DNA of 64,000 nucleotides from an uncultured Gammaproteobacteria bacterium (GTDB lineage Bacteria; Patescibacteriota; Patescibacteriia; Magasanikbacterales; UBA922): NCBI GenBank assembly GCA_964394405.1, contig CAYMVY010000001.1, positions 428,585 to 492,584 of the forward strand, read 5' to 3'. Shown piece by piece: positions 18,852 to 28,389 of this stretch (position 1 is its first letter; each line of letters starts with the position of its first letter). The notes under the pieces were generated by a model. It saw only the letters and a program-made list of their open reading frames with translations, ran no database searches and was not told where the DNA came from. The position numbers and the translations under genes were made by a program.

Positions 18852-21455
18852 TTAATTCAAAAGATACTGATCTTTTTTTCGGGTAAGTGTGTAATTTTTT
18901 CCACCCGAGGCCGATCCGCCTTTCGCGGATTTTTTTTGGATTACATTGATTACCAGCTCTTCAATAATACGCTCAAGTTTTCGCTCAATATTCCGGGCAC
19001 CGAGATCTTTATCTCGTGTCTCTCGTGCCAAAACCTCGAGAACATCAGGGTCAGGAGTAATGGTTATTTGTCGACTATCTTTCAAGGCAGAGCTCAACTT
19101 CATGATATGTTTTGCAACAATGGATCGTACGTCAGCCTCATTGAGCTGGTTAAATATACATACAGTATTTATTCTGCTCATAAGCGCCGAAGAAAAGCTC
19201 TCTTTAAGTCTGTGGGTGATTGTTTTTATCAGAGCTTCACGTTGTGTGTGAATATTTTTGTTCCCTTCACCAAAACCAATTCCGTGTGATTTGTATAACT
19301 CAGCACCTATATTTGAAGTAAGAATGACGATTGAATGTGATAGTTTTACTTTCTTTCCATTGGTATCACTAATTTCACCTTCATCAAGAATTTGGAGTAA
19401 TAGTTTCATGACATCGCCATGTGCTTTATCAATCTCGTCAAATAATAATACAGAGTATGGACGAAGTTTGAGTTTTTCTAAGAATGGATTTCGATCTTTA
19501 TATCCAATATACCCTGCAGGAGATCCGAGAAGTTTTGCAGTACTATTTCCCTCGGAAAATTCACCCATGTCTAGTCGAATAAACGCCTTATCATCATGGT
19601 ATAGTTCTTCAGCAAGACGTCTGGCTAGTTCAGTTTTACCTACGCCAGAGGGACCAGTAAACAGAAATGACGCGAATGGTTTTTTGGTATCTCGAATTCC
19701 GAGTTCCGCCATTTTGAGTGTCTCGACCACTTCAGTGAGAACTTCATCTTGACCAATAATATGTTGCTGTAATCGGTTTTTGAGTGTGCTTAGTCGCTCC
19801 CATTCATTCTGCTGAAGAAGTGATCGGTCGATATGCATTTTTTTTGCGAGCACATCTCGTACGTGTTCCTTAGTTACCATGGGCAGCACTTCCTTTACTC
19901 GTTTTGATTCTCGGGCAGCGGTCTTTTTTGCTGTAATAATTTTTTTCTCAAGGAGAGTAATCGCGTCTTTGAGCTTTGCTGCATCTTTCAAACGCTCCTC
20001 GGTGATTGCTCGATTTTTCTCTTCGATATATTCCTCTAGTTTTTTTTCAAGTTCATACACCTTGGTATTTCGTACAGATGACTTTTGTTTTGTCTTCACA
20101 GAGCTTGCAGCCTCGTCGATGAGGTCAATCGATTTGTCAGGCTGAAAGTTGTCATGAATATAGCGGTTGCTTAGATGCACTGCCTCTGCGAGGGCTTCAT
20201 CGAGGATGGTGACACGATGGTAGGTTTCATATTGTTTTCGAATACCCGTGAGAATGGTCAAAACCTCATCAAATTTTGGTTCATCAACATCAATTTTTTG
20301 GAATCGTCGCTCAAGTGCGGGATCGCTTGAAATATATTTTTTGTATTCATCGTATGTGGTGGCACCGATACAGCGCAGGAGCCCCCGTGCAAGCGCGGGT
20401 TTTAGGATATTTGCTGCATCCATGGTTCCTTGATTTGAGCCAGCACCTATAATGTTGTGCAACTCATCAATAAAGAGTATGTAGTTGGGATTTTTTGCAC
20501 ACTCATCAATAATTTGTTTCAGTCGTGCTTCAAATTCCCCACGATAAATAGTTCCTGCAACGAGAAGGGTCAGATCGAGTGATAATATTTTCTTCTGTTT
20601 TAGAATATCAGGCACTTCACCTTCAGCAATCCGCTTTGCGAGTCCTTCGACAATAGCTGTTTTTCCAACACCAGGTTCACCGACAAGAATCGGATTATTT
20701 TTGGTCCGTCTGGATAGGATATTGATCATTCTCTCAATCTCATCGTCACGGCCGATGACAGGATCAAGTTTTTCAGTATGTTGGCGGTGAGTCAGGTTGG
20801 TGGTAAAGAGCGCTGTTGCAGAGGTTTGTTTACGGTCTCGAGTAAGTGATGCAGGCATGGTGTCTGTTTTTGAGGATTCTGGTTCATTCGCTTCATGAAT
20901 GTCGTGGTCTTCTTCTGTGTGCCCTTCTCTCTGTGTATCCTGTATTTCTTCAAAAATCTCCATCACTTCTCCCATTTGAGTGAACTTTTCAGCATTATGA
21001 AATGAAATATCGAGTTGTGCGAGAAGTTCTGTTGTATTAATCGATAGAGTAGAGAATAATTCTTTGATAGCAGGGTTTGTTGAAATGAGAATCCCATGGA
21101 GCAGGTGTTCGGTTCCTATATACGCGTGACCTTCTTCGTGTGCTCGCAAAAGCGCTTTTTCAAGAGCGCCTCGAGATGATTCACTCAGGCTGGGTACTGG
21201 CTGTGAAGCATTCACAGATGAAGAAGATTCTTCTTCCACAAAGAATTTTGTGGCAGTGGAACTAATAAGCTCGGGGGTGAGTGAAAATTTTTTTAATAAC
21301 TCTCCACCAATACTTCCGCTTTCTTCTGTGAGAGTATAGAGGAGGTGGGGGAGTTCTACTTGAGATCGCTGAAGTCGCGCCGCAAGAGAGATGGAGCGAG
21401 CAATAACATTTTTTAAATGAGTGGAAAAGTTATCAAGCAGTTTTTGGGCATCCAT
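18852..21455 (-). CDS. Clp/Hsp100-family AAA+ chaperone ATPase (ClpC/ClpB-like), two AAA modules
   Basis: 867 aa. Clp_N repeats, Walker A GEPGVGKTAIVEGLA and GPSGVGKTELARRLA, middle coiled-coil region. Confidence 0.85.
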   Translation of the reverse strand: MDAQKLLDNFSTHLKNVIARSISLAARLQRSQVELPHLLYTLTEESGSIGGELLKKFSLTPELISSTATKFFVEEESSSSVNASQPVPSLSESSRGALEKALLRAHEEGHAYIGTEHLLHGILISTNPAIKELFSTLSINTTELLAQLDISFHNAEKFTQMGEVMEIFEEIQDTQREGHTEEDHDIHEANEPESSKTDTMPASLTRDRKQTSATALFTTNLTHRQHTEKLDPVIGRDDEIERMINILSRRTKNNPILVGEPGVGKTAIVEGLAKRIAEGEVPDILKQKKILSLDLTLLVAGTIYRGEFEARLKQIIDECAKNPNYILFIDELHNIIGAGSNQGTMDAANILKPALARGLLRCIGATTYDEYKKYISSDPALERRFQKIDVDEPKFDEVLTILTGIRKQYETYHRVTILDEALAEAVHLSNRYIHDNFQPDKSIDLIDEAASSVKTKQKSSVRNTKVYELEKKLEEYIEEKNRAITEERLKDAAKLKDAITLLEKKIITAKKTAARESKRVKEVLPMVTKEHVRDVLAKKMHIDRSLLQQNEWERLSTLKNRLQQHIIGQDEVLTEVVETLKMAELGIRDTKKPFASFLFTGPSGVGKTELARRLAEELYHDDKAFIRLDMGEFSEGNSTAKLLGSPAGYIGYKDRNPFLEKLKLRPYSVLLFDEIDKAHGDVMKLLLQILDEGEISDTNGKKVKLSHSIVILTSNIGAELYKSHGIGFGEGNKNIHTQREALIKTITHRLKESFSSALMSRINTVCIFNQLNEADVRSIVAKHIMKLSSALKDSRQITITPDPDVLEVLARETRDKDLGARNIERKLERIIEELVINVIQKKSAKGGSASGGKNYTLTRKKDQYLLN

Positions 21456-21604
21456 AACGAAAAAATTAAGCGGTACCGTTGCCTTTGTTATGAAGTTTAG
21501 TATATACTAATTTTACTTCAAAATCAATTAGAATAAAGCCTAAAAGGCCTAAAATACTGATAGAGCTTGAAAAGCTCTAAATTTAACCAAACAACTAATA
21601 TACT

Positions 21605-22966
21605 ATGTACCCTGCACACATCTTTAAAGCTTACGACATTCGCGGTCTCGCAGAATCTGAACTTTCAGAAGATTTGGCATGGCACATCGGTCATGCATTT
21701 GTATATGTACTGGAGAAGAAGGGGGTGGTACTCGAAGGTCGTTCTGTGGTAGTTGGTTACGACATGCGCCCTACGAGCATCCCATTTGCAAAGAAAGTAA
21801 TCGAAGGAATTCAAGCGCGCGGTGTCTCTGTCGTTGATATCGGACTTACCTCAACTCCAGTCTTTAATTTTGCCTGCGCGCATTATTCGGCCCATGCTGG
21901 AGGAATTATGGTGACCGCAAGTCATAATCCGGCAGAGTACAATGGATTTAAAATAACGTATGAAAACGGACTTCCGCTTGGTATGGGAACTGGTATGGAA
22001 GAATTGCGTGAGTTAGTGATGAGTGAATTTCGTGAGGAGAAGGCTAGTGTGGGTGGGTATACAAAATTAGATGTTGTCGAAGAATATACCAGCTACGTTA
22101 CAAGTCTGGTTGACGTGTCAAAAATTAAACCCATGAGAATTGTGGTAGACGCAGGAAATGGTATGGCAAGTGTATCAATTCCAAAACTACTAGAAAAACT
22201 TCCGATTGAAGTTGAGTATCTGTATCTCGAACCAGATGGTACATTCCCAAATCATGAAGCAAATCCTCTGAAAGAAGAAACACTGAAAGATTTGCAAGCG
22301 AAAGTAAGGGCAAGCGGTGCAGATTTCGGATTTGCGTTCGACGGAGACGCTGATCGAATTGGGCTGGTCGATGAGTTGGGCGAAGTAGTGCCAGCATCAT
22401 TTGTGGGTGGTCTTATTGGTCTTGAAGTTTTGAAATTACACCCCAATGCGCTCATGCTCTACGATCTTCGTATGAGTCGAAGTGTAAAAGAATTATGGGA
22501 AGCGCACGGTGCTACAACCAGTATGTGCAAAGTAGGGCATGCGAACATTAAGAAAATGATGAAAGAGGTGGGTGCAGAATTTGCTTCTGAGCTTTCACTC
22601 CATCTGTATTATCATGATACATACGATGTAGAATCATCTGATTTTTCACTCTTGTTGGTTCTCCTAATGCTTTCGAGTTCAGATAAAAAGTTAAGCGAAC
22701 TATGGAAACCACTTCAAAAATATTCGCATTCAGGAGAAATTAATTTTCACATTGAAAATACCAATGAAGTAATTGAGAAAATTAAACAGCGCTTTTCAGA
22801 TGGAAAAATGAGTGAGCTTGATGGGGTGTTGTTTGAGTATCCAGAATATTGGATTAGTGTGAGAAAAAGTAATACTGAGCCAGTACTTCGTCTCATTGTA
22901 GAAGCACACGAACAGAAGAAGATGAAGGAAGTGGTGGAGGAGATAAGAGAGTATGTGGCGCTATAA
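21605..22966 (+). CDS. phosphomannomutase/phosphoglucomutase family protein
   Basis: 453 aa. Active-site TASHNP and DGDADR motifs. Confidence 0.8.
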   Translation: MYPAHIFKAYDIRGLAESELSEDLAWHIGHAFVYVLEKKGVVLEGRSVVVGYDMRPTSIPFAKKVIEGIQARGVSVVDIGLTSTPVFNFACAHYSAHAGGIMVTASHNPAEYNGFKITYENGLPLGMGTGMEELRELVMSEFREEKASVGGYTKLDVVEEYTSYVTSLVDVSKIKPMRIVVDAGNGMASVSIPKLLEKLPIEVEYLYLEPDGTFPNHEANPLKEETLKDLQAKVRASGADFGFAFDGDADRIGLVDELGEVVPASFVGGLIGLEVLKLHPNALMLYDLRMSRSVKELWEAHGATTSMCKVGHANIKKMMKEVGAEFASELSLHLYYHDTYDVESSDFSLLLVLLMLSSSDKKLSELWKPLQKYSHSGEINFHIENTNEVIEKIKQRFSDGKMSELDGVLFEYPEYWISVRKSNTEPVLRLIVEAHEQKKMKEVVEEIREYVAL

Positions 22967-22968
22967 CT

Positions 22969-23595
22969 ATGGAAAATAAGTACTGGATATTTGATTTGTT
23001 TGGGACATTAATTGGTGGGGAGGGGATGGAGGATGCGTATAGGGAAGCTTTGGATGACTTGTTTCCAGGGTTGAAGTATTGGGAAATAAATGCATATATT
23101 AATGCTAGAGATTTTGGGTCTATTGACTCATGTATTACCGAAGCTTTACAACATTTTGGTGTTACTGCTACACAAAGTCAGGTTAAACATTTTAAAGAAA
23201 ATCAAGTTTTTTGGAAAACCAATGTGCGTGTGTACGAAGGAGCACTTAATACCTTGTCTACATTAAAGGAAAGAGGATGCACATTAGCATTAATTACTAA
23301 TGATAGTAATCTGATTGATGATGGTTTTATTCAGAAATTTGGGCTAGATAAATATTTTGACGTAATTATTCAGTCATATAAAGTAGGAATGACAAAGCCA
23401 AATCCAGAAATATACAAATTGTGTGCACAGAAGATGGGCGTCAGTAATTTTTCAGAGATTACGATGGTCGGTGACAAGCTGGATCGAGATGTGGAGCCAC
23501 CAATCGCGCTTGGAATGAAAGGGATATTGTTTGATCCTGAAGAAAAAAAATTGGAATATCCACACAGAATAAGTAGTCTCAAAGAATTACTATAA
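22969..23595 (+). CDS. HAD-superfamily hydrolase
   Basis: 208 aa. FDLFGTL motif I, downstream K and GDxxxD motifs. Confidence 0.7.
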   Translation: MENKYWIFDLFGTLIGGEGMEDAYREALDDLFPGLKYWEINAYINARDFGSIDSCITEALQHFGVTATQSQVKHFKENQVFWKTNVRVYEGALNTLSTLKERGCTLALITNDSNLIDDGFIQKFGLDKYFDVIIQSYKVGMTKPNPEIYKLCAQKMGVSNFSEITMVGDKLDRDVEPPIALGMKGILFDPEEKKLEYPHRISSLKELL

Positions 23596-23625
23596 AAAAA
23601 TCCTCCCGTTCGGGAGGATTTTTAT

Positions 23626-24504
23626 TTAGGTAATTTTTTCTCTCAATCTCTTAATGCGTTCTTCAATCGGTGGGTGAGTAGAAAATGCGTTCGCAAACAT
23701 TTTGCCTTTGAATGGATTTGAAATAAAGAGGTGCGCAGTCGCAGAGTTTGCTGTTTTGAGAGGTATATTTGATTGCTGAATTTTTTCCAATGCCTTTGCC
23801 AACCCTTCGGGGTATCGGGTCATGAGGGCGCCTGATGCATCAGCGAGATATTCTCGTTTTCGAGACACTGCTAGCTTGATAAGTTCTGCAATTATTGGAG
23901 AGAGAATGATGAGTACTAGTCCGACGATTGCTAGAATTCCACCGCCTTTGCTATCAGAATCTCGTTTGCCCCCAAAGAGTCCAAATCGGAAAAACATGTC
24001 AGCTAAGAGTGACACTGCACCGACTAGTACAATAACGATCGTCATGACGCGAATATCAAAATTTTTTATGTGCGATAGTTCGTGTGCAAGCACTCCTTCG
24101 AGTTCTTCGTTTTCAAGCGCCTCAATTAATCCAGTAGTAACAGCAATTGACGCATGCTCAGGATCCCGACCGGTCGCGAATGCATTCAGTGCAGGAGAAT
24201 CAATAATATGTACGCGTGGCATGGGCATACCATTGGCAATCGCGAGGTTTTCTACCATGCGGTACACATATGCATTATCTTCTTTTTTAATTTCCTTGGC
24301 ACCGGTAGATCGAAGTGCAATCGCATCACCCTTGTAATATGATATGAGAGTCATGACAATCGAGATGATGAATGCGAGAAAAATAGCGTCATATCCAAGT
24401 CCGAGGTGCGCAGCGCCAAGCCAACCAAGCCCGATGATAAATGCGCAAAAAATTGCGATAAGCAGTCGGGTTTTTCGTTTGTTTGAATCAATTTGAGAAT
24501 ACAT
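23626..24504 (-). CDS. htpX: M48-family zinc metalloprotease HtpX
   Basis: 292 aa. HELSH zinc motif and four TM segments. Confidence 0.8.
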   Translation of the reverse strand: MYSQIDSNKRKTRLLIAIFCAFIIGLGWLGAAHLGLGYDAIFLAFIISIVMTLISYYKGDAIALRSTGAKEIKKEDNAYVYRMVENLAIANGMPMPRVHIIDSPALNAFATGRDPEHASIAVTTGLIEALENEELEGVLAHELSHIKNFDIRVMTIVIVLVGAVSLLADMFFRFGLFGGKRDSDSKGGGILAIVGLVLIILSPIIAELIKLAVSRKREYLADASGALMTRYPEGLAKALEKIQQSNIPLKTANSATAHLFISNPFKGKMFANAFSTHPPIEERIKRLREKIT

Positions 24505-24619
24505 AGTATAAACTTAAAACGTAAAGTTCAAAGCTTAAAACTACAACTAAAAACTAAAAAGTTTTGAGGTTTAAGTTGAAAGTTTTGACTTTTGAGTTTT
24601 TAGCTTTGAGTTAATTGAT
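24505..24619. repeat. AT-rich palindromic intergenic repeat (family copy 3)
   Basis: Shares ttttgagtttttagctttgag (21 nt identical) with copy 4, and a 31-nt block with copy 2. Confidence 0.6.
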
Positions 24620-25183
24620 TTAGAACTGCACCTTAACATTCTCACGTTCTTTCGCATCTTCGATTTCAAAATATTCAAACTTGGTGAATTTGAGCTGACC
24701 TGCGATCATATTGTTTGGGAATGATTCAATTTTGGTATTGAAATCACGTACCATCGTGTTGTAGAAGCGGCGTGATGCCTGAATTTTATTTTCAGTATCA
24801 GACAATTCGTCCATCAATTGACCAACATTGGTATTTGCTTTGAGATCTGGGTATGCTTCGACTGCAATTTGCAATTTTCCAAGTGTACTTCCGAGCATGC
24901 TTTCAGCTGATGCGAGTGCTGCGGTATTACCCTGTGACTGTGCATCCATAGCTGCGGTGCGGTATTTGGTAACATTTTCAAGCAGTTCTCGTTCGTGCTT
25001 CATATATCCTTTGACGCTTTCGATCAAATTGGGGATGAGATCGTGGCGACGTTTGAGTTGTACATCAATATCGCTCCATCCCTCCTGGGTACGATTGCGT
25101 AGACGAATGAGGCTATTGTAGAGAAAAACGACCCAGAGTACGATTACACCGACGACGATTAATACAATAACAAGTGGGGACAT
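24620..25183 (-). CDS. lemA: LemA family membrane protein
   Basis: 187 aa. N-terminal TM helix plus conserved LemA core (NSLIRLRN...DIDVQLKRRHDLIPNL...RRFYN). Confidence 0.8.
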   Translation of the reverse strand: MSPLVIVLIVVGVIVLWVVFLYNSLIRLRNRTQEGWSDIDVQLKRRHDLIPNLIESVKGYMKHERELLENVTKYRTAAMDAQSQGNTAALASAESMLGSTLGKLQIAVEAYPDLKANTNVGQLMDELSDTENKIQASRRFYNTMVRDFNTKIESFPNNMIAGQLKFTKFEYFEIEDAKERENVKVQF

Positions 25184-25235
25184 AGATTTTTTTAAGATTA
25201 AAATTTACACTTTTATACTACTGTATTTTGCCTGG

Positions 25236-28200
25236 TTAGTCCATAGGAACCTCAAAACATGCATCGAAATCATATGGAAAGGGGGAATACGAAAATGGTT
25301 CAGTTTGATCAAGCTTTACAGTAGCATAATTTTTTGTTCGTATAATATCGAGGAATTGCTGTCGATTAGAATGGATTGCAGGATCAGTCGGAATCCGTAG
25401 TTTAGTGGCTCCTACTGATTGTGCAATAATCTTTGCGCGGTCGATCATTCGCGCATACAGCATATCGTCTTTAAGTACGCCAAGCACCTCCTGTGAAGGG
25501 TTAATTCCCGGAAGATATATAGTATCCTTTCGATGGAGAATATGCATACCTCCTTGGCATTGTCTGGTTTCAGGGTCGAATATCAGTTCATTCCAAAATG
25601 TTGGATCTTCCCATAATTTTTCGTCGGGTGTTACACAGACACCCATAGTGTATCCAGCGACTCCATGCGCTCGCCGCTTTGAACTTTTCCATAATAATGT
25701 TTTGGTTTTTTCGTTTGCATTGTCAGTAAAATCAAATTTTTCTACTTCTTTTCTCATAGATTTATTAATGGGTCCAGCGAGAGAAGAGGCAATATATTTT
25801 TCAGTCACAACGATTGGGTCGGGGTTTCGTTTGGTATCAAATTGCTCAAGCGCCCCTAAAAATTCAGGGGAATTATAAAATTCTTCGGTTCTATAGTCGG
25901 TACTATATTGAGTATCCGCCGCAGTTCCTTCAATTGTTTCTGCGCTCAGCCAGGTTTCAATATCTTTGGTCTTCATATCCTTGATGCGTCCGTATGAAAG
26001 TCCATAATCTGCAAGGAGTTCATCAAGTGTAGTTTCTGATTTTGTTCGTTTTTCAAAATCTTTAATTTTTCTAAGACCTTTAAGACGGGACAAAACCTCA
26101 CCAATAATTCTAGTTTGGTCTCCTTTTACTCGATTTACAATATTTTTTGATAATTTTTCAAATTCTTGAGGATTTCTTTCTCTCCATGCGCCCAGACATT
26201 CCCGTACTAGATCATTTTTTACACTATCCCCAATAAATTCTTTATATTGCATGAGACCTTGCATATTTAATTCAAACGCCTCAGGTAATCGCCCATCTCC
26301 TTTTGAGAGGCGATAGCGGTACATGAGATCAAAGAGTGCAGATTCTCGGTCTGCTGCTTTATTATCTTTTTTTGAAAGGTCATGAAATAGCCCCACAAGT
26401 CGAGCTCCAACTTCATGAGTCTCTGGTATATCTTTTTCTACTTCACCTTTCTTTTCATTCAATTCTTTGTGAATAGACCTAATGACAGTCGACAATCTTT
26501 CCCAAGAATCGAGATTAAGTGCTTCTCCTTCTTTTAGTTCATATTTGCCAGTGGGTACGCCAAATTGTATATCTTGGAATTCAGTAAGTTGTTCAGGAAT
26601 ATGTTCAGGATAGTCCGGTCTATTTTGATTAAGCTGAGCATAATGGTCACGTGCGACACCAATTGCCGGGGGGAACGTATGATATTGGATCGCTGCATAA
26701 TAGGGGTCAGATTCAATTTTTTTTGTGGAATTTCCTGAATATATAGAATGTTGAATTACCTCTACTGATTTTTTGATATGCTCAACAGACTTACCTGATG
26801 TAATGCCCTTTACATAGCTACTAAAAAGGTCAGCATGAATGATCCCGATTTCTTCCATGTAGGGCACTAAATATTTTTTTAGAATTTTAAAATCAAATAG
26901 CATTTCTTTTTTAAATTCTCCATATTCAAATTCAACTTCATCGTATACAAAAAATTCTTCGAGTATTGATCGTGCTCTCGTACCAAAACGCTTTGCTATT
27001 GAAGTTATGTAGCGCATTTCTTCTTCAGAACGAGCGTTGGGATCAAAGTTTTTTATAGATTCAAGGTATAGAAAGGCAGCGTCTCCTTGTGAAGCGAGAA
27101 TGGGCTTGATATGAGTACGATAGTTCCAGGACGTGAGAGTTCGTAGAGCTTCTAATATTCGGGGTCCAATCTGGGGTTTTTGCAGAAGACCAAGAGCGTC
27201 TGTTAGGTATAATTCTTGAGGATAATTTTCTAATTGGTTTTGGTCAAGATCTGATTTTTCATTGAGGCCCTCAAATTGATCCAGGTGTTTATGTGTAATA
27301 AAGCTTTTATCTCCGGGTGATTCAATAATTATGTGCGCAATTTCTTTATCCCAGGTAATCCCCTGAAATTTATCCATATTATGCAGCACTGCCCATTCTT
27401 TTCCATTTTTAATCAATCGTAGCGCAAGTTCTTTGTCCAGAACAAACCCTTCAAATTTATCAATATTATCTATAACTAACTGTACACAATTATGCTCAAT
27501 CATTAGGAGTGCACAATCTTTATTTAGGTTAAGCCCTTCAAATTTATCTATGTGTTCTATAATCACGTTGCCACATCTAAATTTCATTAGTTTTATAGCA
27601 ACTTCTGTATCAAGCCCCTCAAATTTATCTATATAACTTACAAAAAGTTTGTTAGACTCATCACTTCCGATTATTAATAATGCAACTTTTTTGTCCAGAA
27701 CAAACCCTTCAAACCGATCAATATTCTCTAGTACAGTTTTAAAAGTTTCCAGATAGAAGTCATTATGGCTGTGGTAGGTGTTTAGTAAGGCCATGGCAAC
27801 CGCTCTATTAAGCCCTTCAAATTTATCTATATGGCGAACTACTTGTAAGCTCCGCTCACGATGGATCAAAAATAATGCAACCTTTTTATCTAGAACAAAC
27901 CCTTCAAATTTATTACGATTATTAATAACCTCCTCCATAAAAAAAATCTTTTCATCCGTAATAAGTCTCAGAGCGACCTCGGTATCAAGTCCTTCGAATA
28001 TATCAAGATGATCTACAACTTCTCTCGACATGCCTCTTTCAAGCAGCTTCAATACTATTTCTTTATCAAGTGCTATGTTTTTTTCCTTAGCATGTGATAT
28101 CACTTCATCAAACTGCCACGAGTAATCAATGAGTTTGAGAAGCTCCTGTTTACGGAAGGATTTGTTTAACAGCTCCCACTCCTCATCAGTGTGCTGTTGA

Positions 28201-28286
28201 GGAGCGCCACGGTAACCGCCGTAACCGTAACACTCTCCTGTCCTGTGTCCTTTCCCACAAATTTTGCACTCTAATTCTTCTGGCAT
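25236..28286 (-). CDS. giant hypothetical protein: N-terminal CCHC-like zinc knuckle + Gly/Tyr-rich patch, ~8 tandem ~28-30 aa repeats (consensus xIDKFEGLxxxVAxxLI), large C-terminal domain of unknown function
   Basis: 1016 aa continuous ORF. CKICGKGHRTGEC at the N-terminus. Repeats are visible both in the protein and as DNA periodicity. Confidence 0.7.
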   Translation of the reverse strand: MPEELECKICGKGHRTGECYGYGGYRGAPQQHTDEEWELLNKSFRKQELLKLIDYSWQFDEVISHAKEKNIALDKEIVLKLLERGMSREVVDHLDIFEGLDTEVALRLITDEKIFFMEEVINNRNKFEGFVLDKKVALFLIHRERSLQVVRHIDKFEGLNRAVAMALLNTYHSHNDFYLETFKTVLENIDRFEGFVLDKKVALLIIGSDESNKLFVSYIDKFEGLDTEVAIKLMKFRCGNVIIEHIDKFEGLNLNKDCALLMIEHNCVQLVIDNIDKFEGFVLDKELALRLIKNGKEWAVLHNMDKFQGITWDKEIAHIIIESPGDKSFITHKHLDQFEGLNEKSDLDQNQLENYPQELYLTDALGLLQKPQIGPRILEALRTLTSWNYRTHIKPILASQGDAAFLYLESIKNFDPNARSEEEMRYITSIAKRFGTRARSILEEFFVYDEVEFEYGEFKKEMLFDFKILKKYLVPYMEEIGIIHADLFSSYVKGITSGKSVEHIKKSVEVIQHSIYSGNSTKKIESDPYYAAIQYHTFPPAIGVARDHYAQLNQNRPDYPEHIPEQLTEFQDIQFGVPTGKYELKEGEALNLDSWERLSTVIRSIHKELNEKKGEVEKDIPETHEVGARLVGLFHDLSKKDNKAADRESALFDLMYRYRLSKGDGRLPEAFELNMQGLMQYKEFIGDSVKNDLVRECLGAWRERNPQEFEKLSKNIVNRVKGDQTRIIGEVLSRLKGLRKIKDFEKRTKSETTLDELLADYGLSYGRIKDMKTKDIETWLSAETIEGTAADTQYSTDYRTEEFYNSPEFLGALEQFDTKRNPDPIVVTEKYIASSLAGPINKSMRKEVEKFDFTDNANEKTKTLLWKSSKRRAHGVAGYTMGVCVTPDEKLWEDPTFWNELIFDPETRQCQGGMHILHRKDTIYLPGINPSQEVLGVLKDDMLYARMIDRAKIIAQSVGATKLRIPTDPAIHSNRQQFLDIIRTKNYATVKLDQTEPFSYSPFPYDFDACFEVPMD
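27340..28010. repeat. intragenic tandem DNA repeats (~84-90 nt period, ~8 units) encoding the DKFEGL repeats
   Basis: Recurring cccttcaaatttatc(t/a)at on the + strand at about 27447, 27531, 27608, 27699, 27809, 27893, 27978. Confidence 0.6.
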
Positions 28287-28389
28287 ATATAATAATGGAC
28301 TATTGAAAAAACTAACTATCTATGAAATACTTATACAGTCTAACTCAATTGTAGGCTTACTTTAATTACAGGTCAATACACACCAAACT

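Noticed and set aside
25236-28286. CRISPR array or other non-coding tandem repeat
   Set aside because: The only strong tandem periodicity in the window (84-90 nt units at about 27340-28010) is in-frame coding for the DKFEGL protein repeats. No repeat-spacer architecture and no cas genes are seen anywhere in the window.
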